The notes under the pieces: generated by a model
The model's database searches: none
Seen by the model: the letters and a program-made list of their open reading frames with translations, nothing else
What the model was told of the DNA's origin: nothing
Shown here: positions 1 to 14,196 of the stretch, piece by piece
Layout: each line of letters opens with the position of its first letter
Numbering within the stretch: the first letter of the stretch is position 1
Position numbers and translations under genes: made by a program
Assembly: GCA_035652295.1 (NCBI GenBank)
Contig: DASREC010000428.1
Span: forward strand, 1-52,549
DNA length: 52,549 nt
DNA from: Polyangia bacterium
GTDB lineage: Bacteria; Myxococcota_A; Polyangia; Palsa-1104
Direction: 5' to 3'

Positions 1-2337
1 CTGATCGGCATCGACTGGGGCGCGGACTGGGCCGCTCACCGGACGCACCCCGGCGACGGGAACGTGACCGCGTGCTCGCCGTGCGCCGTCCAGGCGGTGG
101 TGATGGCGTTCGCCAGCGCCGAGCAGCGCGCGTCGTTCGACGCCGATCGCTTTCTCCACGACGCCGACTATCGCGCCGGCACCTGCTTCGCCACCGACGC
201 GCCGGTGCTGTTCAACACCGCCGCGCAGAGCAACCTGCACCCCGGCACGCACCAGCCCGAGGTGAATCTCGCCAACGCGCACGGCTACGACATCCACCCG
301 AGCACCGCCAACGGCTGGGTCGCGTCGGTGGTCGCGTTCGGGTTCGGCGTCGAGCACGACCTGGTGGATGCGAAACGCGGCGACTGCATCCACATCACGT
401 GGGACGGCACCGGCGGCACGCACGCGGGCGGCGAGCACGCGGGCTTCATCTGGGACGTGCACTACAACGCGCAGGGCCGCGCCGACGCGGTGCTGGTGGT
501 CGCCGCCAACGGCTCGCCGGGACCGCAGCCGTTTCCGCCGGGCGGAGGCGGACACGGCGACGGATTTTCCGTGCTCGGCAATCCCGGCAACCTGGTGACG
601 CACTCGGGCCCGGACACGAGCTTGCGCTATTCGGCGCCCGAGCCCTACTTCGACGAGTCGCGCGCGGCGACGTTCGTGACGCACGGGACGTGGCTCACCT
701 GGCCCGGCTCGGATCCGGTCGATCATTCGCCGAGCGCGTGGCGCCACACGCCGCCGCGAAACTTTCGCACCACGCAGCGGCTGCGCATCGCGCGGCTCAA
801 CGGCGTCGAAGGCGCGCCCTCGCTGTCGACGCCCGACCACGGCGCGGCCGCCGCGCCGCCGCCGCCGCACGTCGAGAGCGTCACGCCCGTCGAGGTGGAG
901 CAGTCGGCGCTGAGCGCGAGCCCGACGCAGACGGCGGCGAGCACGCGCACCGACGCGCAGCAGTCGGCGAGCACGTCGACGCGGCGGCAGCGCTCGGTCG
1001 AGCACTGGCTGCGCGTGCTGCATCGCCACCACTGGCTCGACGCCGATCCCGGCGACGCCGACGACGTCAACGACGCGCGCACGCAGGCCGCGATCCGCGA
1101 GTTCCAGCGCCGCTACATGAACGATCCGAGCCCCGACGGGATCGCCGGCCGGCTCACGCGCCCGCGGCTCCAGGAGTGCGCGAGCCAGGCCGCGAGCGGG
1201 CAGCCGCCGCCCGACGCGCCGCCCGCGCCGGCCACGACGCCGTCGATCGGGCGCTTCTATTGGGCGACCCCGTCGGCGCGCGCCAACACGACGGCGCGGC
1301 TGCTCGCGCGCACCGACGGGCTCGACGGCCACACGCTCCACGTCGCGCTCCGCAATCAAGCGACGGGCGCGTCGCTCGGCGAGCCGCGCACGATGTCGAT
1401 CGCGAACGGCCGCGGCGAGACGTCGATCGCGCTCGCGCCGCTCTACAGCGGCACGGGCACGTTGCTCCTCGAGGCGCGCGCCTCCGACAGCGGCGTCGCC
1501 GAGGTGGTGACCGAGGCGCTGCGCGTCGAGCCGCCGCTCGTCGTGATCGCGCCGACGGGAAAAGGCATCTTCGCCAACCGCAACGGCCACACCGCCGAAG
1601 CCGCCGCCACCATGCACGGCGACGGCCTGCAGTGGGTCGCGATCTGCGTGCGCGACACCGACGGCGTCAACTCCTCCCAGTCGCACGTGACCGCGGCCGT
1701 GCAGGTGTATCGCGACGTCGGCATCGAGCCGTGGCTGTGGGGCTGGCCCGGCAAGCCGCACCCCGGCAACGAGAGCGCGGTGATCGATCAAATCGCCGAG
1801 CTCGCGCAGACGTCGCACGCGCGCGGCTTCATCCTCGACATGGAGGGCGAGTACACCGCGGCCGAGCAGCACGCGCTCTTCCCAACCATCCGCGCGCGCG
1901 TGCAGCACGTGCTCGACGGCGGGCTGCTCGGCGTGGGCATCAGCAGCTTCCTCGAGTCGGTGATGTTGGGGATGGCGGTCGACGGCGCGTTCACCTCGCC
2001 GCAGTGGTACCACCCGACGGTGTTCGACGACGATCAAGACGAGCTCTCGGCGAAGATGCGCCGGCTCGCCGATCGCTGCGGCAAGGTCGTGCCGACCGTG
2101 GCGGTGTATGAGATCAATCCAAACTATCCGACGAACAATACGCCGAACCCGATTCCGCTGACGCCGGAGGCGCTGCGCCCGTTCCTCGATCGGCTGAACG
2201 TCGCCGCCGCGCTGCCCGAGGCGAGCGGCAAAGTGCCGGCGTCGAGCGCGTGGGTGTGGACCAGCCACCTGCACGGCGACGGCCCCAACGCCGCGCTCTA
2301 CCGCGTGTACCAGCAGTGGAGCTTCACCGGCACGTAG
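1..2337 (+). CDS. Multidomain cell-wall-associated protein (peptidoglycan-binding repeat plus C-terminal glycoside-hydrolase-like domain); probably 5'-truncated by the window edge
   Basis: ORF 64..2337 stays open in the same frame back to nt 1, so the true start may lie upstream. The segment WLRVLHRHHWLDADPGDADDVNDARTQAAIREFQRRYMNDPSPDGIAGRLTRPRL looks like a PG_binding_1-type domain. The C-terminal part (WLWGWPG, GFILDMEGEY) resembles GH25/Rv2525c-like hydrolase folds. Confidence 0.6.
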   Translation: MIGIDWGADWAAHRTHPGDGNVTACSPCAVQAVVMAFASAEQRASFDADRFLHDADYRAGTCFATDAPVLFNTAAQSNLHPGTHQPEVNLANAHGYDIHPSTANGWVASVVAFGFGVEHDLVDAKRGDCIHITWDGTGGTHAGGEHAGFIWDVHYNAQGRADAVLVVAANGSPGPQPFPPGGGGHGDGFSVLGNPGNLVTHSGPDTSLRYSAPEPYFDESRAATFVTHGTWLTWPGSDPVDHSPSAWRHTPPRNFRTTQRLRIARLNGVEGAPSLSTPDHGAAAAPPPPHVESVTPVEVEQSALSASPTQTAASTRTDAQQSASTSTRRQRSVEHWLRVLHRHHWLDADPGDADDVNDARTQAAIREFQRRYMNDPSPDGIAGRLTRPRLQECASQAASGQPPPDAPPAPATTPSIGRFYWATPSARANTTARLLARTDGLDGHTLHVALRNQATGASLGEPRTMSIANGRGETSIALAPLYSGTGTLLLEARASDSGVAEVVTEALRVEPPLVVIAPTGKGIFANRNGHTAEAAATMHGDGLQWVAICVRDTDGVNSSQSHVTAAVQVYRDVGIEPWLWGWPGKPHPGNESAVIDQIAELAQTSHARGFILDMEGEYTAAEQHALFPTIRARVQHVLDGGLLGVGISSFLESVMLGMAVDGAFTSPQWYHPTVFDDDQDELSAKMRRLADRCGKVVPTVAVYEINPNYPTNNTPNPIPLTPEALRPFLDRLNVAAALPEASGKVPASSAWVWTSHLHGDGPNAALYRVYQQWSFTGT

Positions 2338-2358
2338 GCGCGACGGTAGTCTCCTTCG

Positions 2359-3432
2359 ATGACGTCGCTCTTGGAACGGATCGGAATCAGCGTGCCGATC
2401 GTGCAGGCGCCGATGGCGGGCGGGCCGGATACGCCGGAGCTGGCGGCGGCGGTGTCGAACGCCGGCGGGTTGGGATCGATCGGCTGCGCCTATCTGTCGG
2501 CGCGCCAGATCGACGAGGCGGCGGCGGCGGTGCGCGCGCGCACGAGCGCGCCGTTCGCGCTCAACCTGTTCGTGCGCGCCGACGTGCCGCCCGACGCCGA
2601 CGCGCAGGCGCGCGCCGAGCCGATCGTGCGCGCGTTTCGCCGCGAGCTCGGGCTCGACGAGCCGCCGGCGAGCGCGCCGCCGGCGAGCGACTCGTTCGAC
2701 GCGCAGCTCGAGGCGGTGCTGCGCGCGCAGCCGCGCGTCTTCAGCTTCACGTTCGGCGCGCCGGCGCGCGAGCAGGTGCGCGCGCTGCACGATCGATCGA
2801 TCGTCGCCATCGGCACCGCCACCACCGTCGAGGAGGCCGAGGCGCTCGAGGCGATCGGCGTCGACGCGATCTGCGCGCAGGGCGCCGAGGCGGGCGGCCA
2901 CCGCGGCACGTTCCTCGGCCGCTTCGAGGATGGGCTCGTGGGCATCTTGCCGCTGGTGCGGCAAATTGCCGCACGCATGCACGTGCCGGTGCTGGCGGCG
3001 GGCGGCATCATGGACGGCGCGGCGATCGCGGCCATGCTCACGCTCGGCGCGAGCGCCGTTCAGCTCGGCACCGCGTTCCTGCTCTGCCCCGAAGCGGGCA
3101 CGAGCGCGCCCTATCGCGCGGCGTTGCGCTCGCCCGCCGCGCAGCGCACGGTGGTCACGCGCGCGTTCAGCGGCCGCGCGGCGCGCGGCATCCGCAACCG
3201 CTTCACCGACGCATTCGAAAATGAGCAGGCGGCGCCGTTTCCGTTTCAGCAGCAGCTCACGCGCGAGCTGCGCGCCGAAGCCACGCGCCAGGGCCGCGCC
3301 GATCTCATGCAGCTGTGGGCGGGACAGGCCGCTCCGCTCGCGCGCGCGATGCCGGCCGCGGAGCTGATGAAGACGCTGATGGCCGAGCTGGAAGCCGCGC
3401 GGGCTAGTAGTAGTGGAGGACCGCTCCATTGA
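2359..3432 (+). CDS. Nitronate monooxygenase / NPD-family FMN oxidoreductase (FabK-like)
   Basis: The N-terminus GISVPIVQAPMAGGPDTPELAAAVSNAGGLGSIG and later GVDAICAQGAEAGGHRG and AAGGIMDG are typical NMO/2-nitropropane dioxygenase family motifs. Starts 22 nt after the previous stop. Confidence 0.85.
   Translation: MTSLLERIGISVPIVQAPMAGGPDTPELAAAVSNAGGLGSIGCAYLSARQIDEAAAAVRARTSAPFALNLFVRADVPPDADAQARAEPIVRAFRRELGLDEPPASAPPASDSFDAQLEAVLRAQPRVFSFTFGAPAREQVRALHDRSIVAIGTATTVEEAEALEAIGVDAICAQGAEAGGHRGTFLGRFEDGLVGILPLVRQIAARMHVPVLAAGGIMDGAAIAAMLTLGASAVQLGTAFLLCPEAGTSAPYRAALRSPAAQRTVVTRAFSGRAARGIRNRFTDAFENEQAAPFPFQQQLTRELRAEATRQGRADLMQLWAGQAAPLARAMPAAELMKTLMAELEAARASSSGGPLH
2957..2973. repeat. Copy 1 of the palindrome TGCGGCAA-A-TTGCCGCA (inside the NMO CDS, read as R-Q-I-A-A)
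   Basis: Sequence ggTGCGGCAAATTGCCGCAcg read directly; 8-nt inverted arms around one central base. Confidence 0.9.
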
Positions 3433-5092
3433 CGCCGGCGGCGAAGATCTCGCCGGTCGAGGCCATCCACACCGCGTTCAGGTTGTCGCTCGACGAGGTG
3501 GTCTCGCTCACCCAGACGCCGCGGCTCGTCGAGCGCAGCACCTTGTTGCCGAGCGCGCCGACGGCGACGAGGTCGAAGTAGCCGCTCGCCGCGTCCTTGC
3601 GTCCCCACACCGCGTTGAGCCGGCCGTTGAGCGGCGACGCCTCGGGCGCGCACGTGAGCGTCGTGGCCGCGGTCTGCGTGCAGTGCAGGATCACCGCCGC
3701 GCCCGCGCCGCCGTCGCCGACGGCGAACAGGTCGGTGCCCGGCGCCCACGCGCCGTACAGGCTCGCGGTCGTGCCGCTCGTCGGTTGGTACCAGACGCCG
3801 TTGGTGGTGTTCCAGAACTCGATGTGCCCGCCCGCGCCGACGAAGTAGTAGTTGACGCCGGGGAACGTGCCGATCGCCGCCGCCGCGTAGCCGCCCCACG
3901 CGCCCGACACCGACGGCGGCACCTGGTTGAGCGCGCCCCACGTCGCGTTGCCGCAGCAGAAGTAGTAGGTGTTGCCGGTCTCGGTGATGCCCATCGCCGA
4001 CGCGCCGGTGTCCGAGAGCAGGTGGATGCTGCCGTTGAACGCGGTGCCGGTCTTGTCGGTCCACGTGCCGGTTCCCGTCGAGAAATAGGCGCTGGCGTTG
4101 GTGCCGAGGAAGACGTGCGTGGCGTCGACGCCGGAGATCGACGTGGCGATCTTGCCGGCGGGGATGCCGGTGTTGTACGCGGTCCAGGTGCCGTCGCCCA
4201 TCGTGTGATAGACGGTGCTGCCGCCGCCGACGGCGTAGACGTCGTTGGCCGCCGAGCCCCACACGCCGTTGAGCGTGGTCGCGCCGCCGACGGTCTCGGT
4301 CGACCACGCGGGCGTGCCCATGCCCGAGAGCATCATCGGGATCATGTCGCCGGTCGACGCGGTGACCGAGAACGTCGCGGAGCGCGTGCCCGAGAGATCG
4401 GGTTTGAAGGTGAAGATGAACGAGCAGCTCGCGTTCGGCGCCAGGCCCGGCGAGACGCTCGGGCACGACTGCGACGCGATGGCGAACGACGCCGCGTCGC
4501 CGGTGGCTTGCGGCGGCGCGAACGTCACCGGCGACGGCGTGTTGTTGGTGAGCATGAACAGCGCCTGCTGCGTCGAGAGCGACGCCCGCGGCACGGTGGC
4601 GAACTGGAAGGCCGCCGGCGTGAGCGCGATCGACGGCGTCGGCGCGAGATCGGCGGCGCTCGCGAGATCGGCCGGCGCCACCGCGCCGTCGGCGGTGGGC
4701 GCCAGGTCGGGCGGCGGCGCGCCGGCGGCCAGGTGGAACGTGTGGCTGAACGAGCCCGACGGCGGCACCACCACCGACTCGTCCGCGTCGCCGGCGATCA
4801 CCGCGCCGCCGCTCAGCGCCTCGACGGAGATCGAGACCGGCGTGCCGGCCGTCGACTGCGGCAGCAGCAGCGCCACCGTCTGCGGCAGCGAGAACGGCGC
4901 GCCCGGCGTCGTCGGCGAGAGCGCGGTCAGCGGCGGATTGGCGACGCGGAAGCGCAGTTGATCGAGCATCGGCGCCGCGCCCTCCACGCGCGCGTTCATG
5001 CAGATCCCGCCGCTCATTCCGGCGCACGGATCGGACGCCGAGCAAGCGGTCATCGAGAGAAGCGAGAGCACGAGCGGCCACGAGCGCATCAT
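3404..5092 (-). CDS. Lipoprotein with beta-propeller-like repeats
   Basis: Lipoprotein signal MMRSWPLVLSLLSMTAC. Recurrent motifs of the type VWGS..DVYAVG and AVWG....VAVG. The start overlaps the stop of the upstream gene (ATGA at 5089-5092). Confidence 0.75.
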   Translation of the reverse strand: MMRSWPLVLSLLSMTACSASDPCAGMSGGICMNARVEGAAPMLDQLRFRVANPPLTALSPTTPGAPFSLPQTVALLLPQSTAGTPVSISVEALSGGAVIAGDADESVVVPPSGSFSHTFHLAAGAPPPDLAPTADGAVAPADLASAADLAPTPSIALTPAAFQFATVPRASLSTQQALFMLTNNTPSPVTFAPPQATGDAASFAIASQSCPSVSPGLAPNASCSFIFTFKPDLSGTRSATFSVTASTGDMIPMMLSGMGTPAWSTETVGGATTLNGVWGSAANDVYAVGGGSTVYHTMGDGTWTAYNTGIPAGKIATSISGVDATHVFLGTNASAYFSTGTGTWTDKTGTAFNGSIHLLSDTGASAMGITETGNTYYFCCGNATWGALNQVPPSVSGAWGGYAAAAIGTFPGVNYYFVGAGGHIEFWNTTNGVWYQPTSGTTASLYGAWAPGTDLFAVGDGGAGAAVILHCTQTAATTLTCAPEASPLNGRLNAVWGRKDAASGYFDLVAVGALGNKVLRSTSRGVWVSETTSSSDNLNAVWMASTGEIFAAGVNGAVLHYY

Positions 5093-5826
5093 TGAAACCT
5101 CCCCGGCGGTAATCGATTGGTTGAGCTTCCCGACAGCGTGATCCCGAGCGCGACGCCGCCGGCGATCGCGACCACGCCGCCGACGACCACGCCCCAGAAC
5201 CAGCCTTTGCGATAGAGCGGACGCGGCGCGGGCGGCGCCTTCGCGGGCGTGCGCGCGGTGAGGCGCGGCGGATTCGGCGGCGCCAGATTCAGCGACGGCG
5301 GATTCGGCGGCGGCTCGTGCGGCGGCGGCAGCTCGGCGCGCGGCGGCGGCGGCTCAGCGTGCGGCGGCTCGACGTGTGGCGGCGGCAACTCGGCGCGCGG
5401 CGGCTCGGCGTGCGGCGTTCCCACGACGGGCGGCAGCGGCTGATTGGGCGGCTCCACCGCGATGCTGCGCTGCTGATTCGCCTCCGCCTCGAGCTTCGCG
5501 ATCCGCTCCTCGACCTCGCGCCGATTGGACGCGTTCGGCGCGTTGCGCAAGAACGATCGATAGAAGAACAGCGCCTGCCCGAGCTCGTTCGACTGCCGGT
5601 ACGCCTGCGCGATGTCGTAGAGGATCGCCGCATCCGGCAGCGTCTTGTACGCCGCCTTGTACTCGGTCACCGCCGTCTGAAACTCACCGAGGTTGTACGC
5701 GCGCGTCCCCTCTTCATAGTGGCGGCGCGCCTCCTCCACCTCGCGCCGCGAGTCGGCGCGCGCGACGCTGCACGCCGCCACCGCGACCAGCATCAACCAC
5801 CACCGCGCTCCGCGAGCCGTCATCAC
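5089..5826 (-). CDS. TPR-like protein with Pro-rich repeat linker and C-terminal TM anchor
   Basis: Signal-like N-terminus, a TPR-like helix pair (YNLGEFQTAVTEYKAAYK...AQAYRQSNELGQALFFYRSFL), PPPHxEPP repeats, and a C-terminal hydrophobic helix WFWGVVVGGVVAIAGGVALGITL. Start is GTG 5826 or ATG 5823. Confidence 0.75.
   Translation of the reverse strand: MMTARGARWWLMLVAVAACSVARADSRREVEEARRHYEEGTRAYNLGEFQTAVTEYKAAYKTLPDAAILYDIAQAYRQSNELGQALFFYRSFLRNAPNASNRREVEERIAKLEAEANQQRSIAVEPPNQPLPPVVGTPHAEPPRAELPPPHVEPPHAEPPPPRAELPPPHEPPPNPPSLNLAPPNPPRLTARTPAKAPPAPRPLYRKGWFWGVVVGGVVAIAGGVALGITLSGSSTNRLPPGRFQ
5249..5443 (-). repeat. Coding imperfect tandem repeat (Pro-rich AEPP/ELPPPH units)
   Basis: Translated PHAEPPRAELPPPHVEPPHAEPPPPRAELPPPHEPPPNPP. 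The DNA shows repeated ggcggctcg/gtgcggcggc units. Confidence 0.5.
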
Positions 5827-5838
5827 GCGACGTCACCG

Positions 5839-5854
5839 AGCACGCGACGTGCCG
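5839..5854 (-). promoter_or_regulatory. Candidate sigma-54 (-24/-12) promoter for the 5826<-3404 operon
   Basis: Minus strand reads CGGCACgtcgcgTGCT (GG-N10-GC spacing correct). 13 nt separate the -12 C from GTG 5826. Confidence 0.3.
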
Positions 5855-5908
5855 GCCGCCTTCGCGAGCCGGCGCGCGCGGCGACTGCGAATTCGGCCGC
5901 GCGCCGGC

Positions 5909-5955
5909 GTTACAGGTTACGCGCGCGGCGAGTTACGGCGCGCGGCGCGCGTTAC
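5909..5955. promoter_or_regulatory. Cluster of four GTTAC motifs in a divergent promoter region (candidate enhancer/operator)
   Basis: GTTAC at 5909, 5916, 5932 and 5951, each followed by a GC-only run (GTTACGCGCGCGGCG, GTTACGGCGCGCGGCG). AT-containing 5-mers are rare in this composition. Confidence 0.35.
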
Positions 5956-5982
5956 ACCCGCCGACTTCGCGCGCGCGCCACG

Positions 5983-5988
5983 TATAAT
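5983..5988 (+). promoter_or_regulatory. Perfect TATAAT -10 box 6 nt upstream of the kinase ATG (leaderless-type promoter)
   Basis: cgTATAATgtggcgATG read directly; weak -35 CCGACT at 5961-5966. Confidence 0.4.
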
Positions 5989-5994
5989 GTGGCG

Positions 5995-9255
<3,261 letters not shown>

Positions 9256-9259
9256 CCCC

Positions 9260-9276
9260 TGCGGCAAATTGCCGCA
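9260..9276. repeat. Copy 2 of palindrome TGCGGCAA-A-TTGCCGCA (in the 25-nt gap between convergent genes)
   Basis: ccTGCGGCAAATTGCCGCAag, between stop 9255 and stop 9281. Confidence 0.9.
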
Positions 9277-9280
9277 AGCG

Positions 9281-10663
<1,383 letters not shown>

Positions 10664-10760
10664 GAGACCTCCACCATTTCACGCCCGCCGCATCCATGAC
10701 AAGTCGATCGCCGCCGCCAATTGCAATCTCCGCCGCGCGCGGCTAGCGTGAGGAGGGGGA

Positions 10761-13700
10761 ATGGAGCCGAAGCGCGACGCGCCCGGCGAGCCCGCCTCGT
10801 CGAGCGCCGCGCCCGAGCCGCCGGCGACCGTCGAGGTGACCGGCTCGACCGAGGAGAAGCTCGACGCCGCGCCCGCCGTCCAGGCGCGCGACGGCGGACC
10901 GCTGTTCGCCGCCGGCGAGCGCGTCGCCGGGCGCTACCGCGTCACGCGGCGCATCGCCGCCGGCGGCATGGGCGAGGTCTACGAGGCGGAGGATCTCGAT
11001 CTCGGCGTGCGCGTGGCGCTCAAGACCATCCTCGCCGGCGGCGACGCGAGCGTGCACGCCGTCGAGCGCTTCAAGCGCGAGATCCAGCTGGCGCGCAAGG
11101 TCACGCACCCCAACGTGTGCCGCATCTTCGATCTCGGGCTGCACCTGCGCGAGCGCGCGTCGGGACAGCTCACGCCGCTCAACTTCTTGACCATGGAGCT
11201 GCTCGCCGGCGAAACGCTCGCGGCGCGCCTCGAGCGCGGGCCGCTCTCGGAGGCCGAGGCGCGGCCGCTGGTCGCGCAGCTCGCCGACGCGCTCGACGCC
11301 GCGCACGCCGCGGGCGTGGTGCACCGCGATCTCAAGAGCTCGAACGTGATGCTGGTGCCGGTGGACGGCGGCGCGCCGCGCGCGGTGATCACCGACTTTG
11401 GGATGGCACGCGACACGGCGGACGAGGGGGCGCGCATCACCGGGAACGGCGGCCTCGTGGGAACGCCGGCGTACATGGCGCCGGAGCAGATCGAGGGCGG
11501 GCCGATCGGGCCGGCGACCGACGTCTACGCGCTCGGCGTGCTGATCTTCGAGGCGGTCACCGGCGCGCTGCCGTTCTGCGGCAAAACGCCGCTCGAGACC
11601 GCGACCAGGCGGCTCAAGCAGGCGCCGCCGTCGCCGCGCGCGCTCGCGCCCGAGCTCGACGCGCGGTGGGAGGCGGCGATCCTGCGCGCGCTGGCGATCG
11701 ATCCCGCGCGGCGCTTCCCGTCGGCGGGCGCGCTGGCGCGGGCGCTCGACGAGGAACCGTCGGCCGGCGCGCCGCGCGGCCGCCGCCGCTGGCTGGCCGC
11801 GGCCGCGGTGCTGGCCGCGCTCGGGCTCGCCGGCGCGGCGGCGTATCGCGCGCGCCCGCGCAAGGTCGAGGCGCCGAGCGCGGGCGCGACCGCGGCGGCC
11901 GTGCCCGCGCCCGAGCGCCCGCCGGCGAAACCGCGCCGCGCCGTCGCCGTCCTCGGTTTCAAGGATCTCTCCGGCCGCGCCGAGACGCAGTGGCTCTCGA
12001 CGGCGCTCGCCGAGATGCTCGGCATGGAGCTCGGCGCCGGCGAGCAGCTGCGCATCATCTCCGGCGAGCGCGTCGATCGCGCGCGGCTCGCGCTCGGGCT
12101 CTCGGATCCGAGCGCGCTGGCGCCCGACACCCTGGCGCGCGTCGCGCGCACGCTCGGCGCCGACTACGTGGTGGTCGGCTCCTACGTCACGATCGGCGAC
12201 GGCGCCGACCGCGCGCTGCGTCTCGACGTGCGGCTCGAGGACGCGCGCGAGGGCGAGACCGCGCTGGCGCTCACCGAGCAAGGCCACGAGCGCGCGCTGT
12301 TCGACCTGGTCTCGTCGGCCGGCCGCCGCCTGCGCGGGCGCTTCGGCGCCGAGGTGGTGTCGGAGGCCGACACCGGCGCGCTGCGGGCCGCGCTGCCGTC
12401 GACGAGCGAGTCGGCCCGGCTGTACGCCGAGGGGCTGGTCAAGCTGCGCCGCTTCGACGCGCGGGCCGCGCGCGAGCTGCTCGCCGAGGCGGCCCGCCGC
12501 GATCCCGACAACGCGCTCATCCACGCCAGCCTGGCGCAGGCGGACTCGCAGCTCGGCTTCGAGGCGCGCGCCCGCGAGGAGTCGGAGCGCGCGTTCGCGC
12601 TCTCGCGCAAGCTGTCGCGCGAGGAGCGCCTGGTCGTCGAGGGCAACTACCTCGAGCTGCACCATCAATGGCAGCGCGCGCTCGGGCTGTACAAAGGACT
12701 GTTCGGATTTTTTCCCGACAACCTCGAGTACGGCGTGCGGCTCGGCTGGGCGCAGGTGCTCGGCGGCGCGGGCCAGGACGCGCGCGCGACGGTGGCGGAG
12801 CTGCGCAAGTTGCCGCACGCGCCCGACGTCGACGTGCAGCTCGATCTGATCGAGGCGGGCGCCGCCGAGACGCTCTCCGACTACAAGGCCGAGCTCGCCG
12901 CCGCCGAGCGCGCCGCCACCGACGCGCGCGCCGTCGACGCGACCATCGAGCTGGGACGCGCGCGCCGCGATCAGGCCTGGGCGCTGCTCCAGCTCGGGCA
13001 GCCCGACCGCGCGCTCGCCGCCGCCGAGGAGTGCCGCCGCATCTTCGCCGCCGCCAAGAACCCGTGGGGCGAGGCGTCGGCGCTCAACATGATGGGCAAC
13101 GCCGAGGAGGGCCGCGGCCGCCACGCCGCCGCCGAGCAGTCGTGGCGGCGATCGCTCGACATCGCGCACGAGGCCGGCGACCAGGACGGCGAAGCCGCCG
13201 CGCTCAACAACCTCGCCACGCTCTACACCAACTCGGGCGAGCTCGATCGCGCGCTGAAGATGTTCGACCAGGCGATGACCATCTCGCGCCGCACCGGCGA
13301 CGACGAGGGGCTGGCGTTCACGCTCTCCGACGTGGCCAACCTGTACGCCAAGCGCAACAACTACGGCGAGGACGAGCGCGCCGCCGCCCAGTCGATCGAG
13401 CTGTTCCACAAGATCGGCAACCAGACCGAGGCGGCGGTGGTGATGGGCAACCTCGCCGCCACGCGGCTGCAGCGCGGCGATCTCGCCGGCGCGCGCGCGC
13501 TGCGGGAGCAGGCGCTGGCGGTGTTCGAGCAGGCCGGCGCGAAGGCGCTCGAGGCGGCGCAGCGCTCGGGCCTCGCGCGCGTGCTGTGGGTCGCCGGCGA
13601 TCTCGACGGGGCGCGCCGCGAATACGGCCGCTCGCTCGCGCTGCGGCAGGCGATCGGCGACGAGGGCAAGCAGATGAGCACGCGGCTGGCGCTGGCGGCG

Positions 13701-14180
13701 ATCGACGTCGATCGCGGCGCGGTCGACGCCGCCGAGCCGGTGGTGCGCGCCGCGCTCGAGCGCGCCGTGAAGGAGAAGTCGGTCGACGACGAGGTCGAGG
13801 CGCGCGTCGAGCTGGCGCGCATCGCGCTCGCGCGCAAGCAGCTCGCCTCGGCCGACGCCGAGATCGCGCGCGCCGTCGAGCTGGCGAAGAAAGACGAGGA
13901 CGCGCGGCCGCGCCTCGACGCGGTGATCGTCGCGGCGCGGATTCATCTCGCCGCCGGCGACCGCGCGCAGGCGGCGCGCGAGCTCGACGCCACCATCGCC
14001 GAGGCGGCGCGCCTCGGCCTCGAGCCGCGCGCGATCGAGGCGCGCGAGCTGCGCGCGGAGGTCGAGCTGTCGTCGGGTGACGCCGCCGCCGCGCGCCGGC
14101 AGCTCGCCGCCGTCGAGAAACAGGCGCGCGCGCACGGCCTCGACGGGATCGCGCGCCGCGCCGCCGCCGTCCGCCCGTGA
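10761..14180 (+). CDS. Ser/Thr protein kinase with TM helix, periplasmic sensor-like and TPR domains
   Basis: [66 protein letters not shown]-like repeats ([47 protein letters not shown] etc). Strong RBS GAGGAGGGGGA before the ATG. Confidence 0.9.
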   Translation: MEPKRDAPGEPASSSAAPEPPATVEVTGSTEEKLDAAPAVQARDGGPLFAAGERVAGRYRVTRRIAAGGMGEVYEAEDLDLGVRVALKTILAGGDASVHAVERFKREIQLARKVTHPNVCRIFDLGLHLRERASGQLTPLNFLTMELLAGETLAARLERGPLSEAEARPLVAQLADALDAAHAAGVVHRDLKSSNVMLVPVDGGAPRAVITDFGMARDTADEGARITGNGGLVGTPAYMAPEQIEGGPIGPATDVYALGVLIFEAVTGALPFCGKTPLETATRRLKQAPPSPRALAPELDARWEAAILRALAIDPARRFPSAGALARALDEEPSAGAPRGRRRWLAAAAVLAALGLAGAAAYRARPRKVEAPSAGATAAAVPAPERPPAKPRRAVAVLGFKDLSGRAETQWLSTALAEMLGMELGAGEQLRIISGERVDRARLALGLSDPSALAPDTLARVARTLGADYVVVGSYVTIGDGADRALRLDVRLEDAREGETALALTEQGHERALFDLVSSAGRRLRGRFGAEVVSEADTGALRAALPSTSESARLYAEGLVKLRRFDARAARELLAEAARRDPDNALIHASLAQADSQLGFEARAREESERAFALSRKLSREERLVVEGNYLELHHQWQRALGLYKGLFGFFPDNLEYGVRLGWAQVLGGAGQDARATVAELRKLPHAPDVDVQLDLIEAGAAETLSDYKAELAAAERAATDARAVDATIELGRARRDQAWALLQLGQPDRALAAAEECRRIFAAAKNPWGEASALNMMGNAEEGRGRHAAAEQSWRRSLDIAHEAGDQDGEAAALNNLATLYTNSGELDRALKMFDQAMTISRRTGDDEGLAFTLSDVANLYAKRNNYGEDERAAAQSIELFHKIGNQTEAAVVMGNLAATRLQRGDLAGARALREQALAVFEQAGAKALEAAQRSGLARVLWVAGDLDGARREYGRSLALRQAIGDEGKQMSTRLALAAIDVDRGAVDAAEPVVRAALERAVKEKSVDDEVEARVELARIALARKQLASADAEIARAVELAKKDEDARPRLDAVIVAARIHLAAGDRAQAARELDATIAEAARLGLEPRAIEARELRAEVELSSGDAAAARRQLAAVEKQARAHGLDGIARRAAAVRP

Positions 14181-14196
14181 TAGAGTTGCGCGGCCC

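Noticed and set aside
72-2111. 679-aa ORF in an alternative frame of the first gene. The same applies to other very long ORFs: 3246..5081(-), 3413..5095(+), 5917..9267(-), 8724..10697(-), 10721..14080(+), 10743..14219(-), 13318..15714(-), 16009..17538(-), 17679..19145(-), 32905..35949(+), 34838..37315(-), 45471..47015(+) and 49367..51238(+).
   Set aside because: The translations are dominated by Arg/Ala/Gly/Pro runs with no motifs, as expected for stop-poor shadow frames in ~70% GC DNA. Each overlaps a frame with clear domain signatures.
5317-5994. 226-codon N-terminal extension of the kinase ORF
   Set aside because: The extension is an Arg-rich shadow of the opposite-strand TPR gene and its intergenic region. 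A TATAAT box plus ATG at 5995 gives a sensible start just before the kinase domain.
9256-9280. The palindrome copies at 9260 and 15524 as Rho-independent terminators
   Set aside because: The usable stem is only 5-7 bp with a 1-5 nt loop and no downstream T-tract, and identical copies occur inside coding regions. A terminator role is unsupported but not excluded for the intergenic copies.
12802-12817. TGCGCAAGTTGCCGCA, and similar half-sites at 2067, 11577 and 34004, as further palindrome copies
   Set aside because: Each lacks one arm base or has two or more mismatches. They could be decayed copies but are indistinguishable from chance plus codon bias (Cys-Gly-Lys-x-Pro coding).
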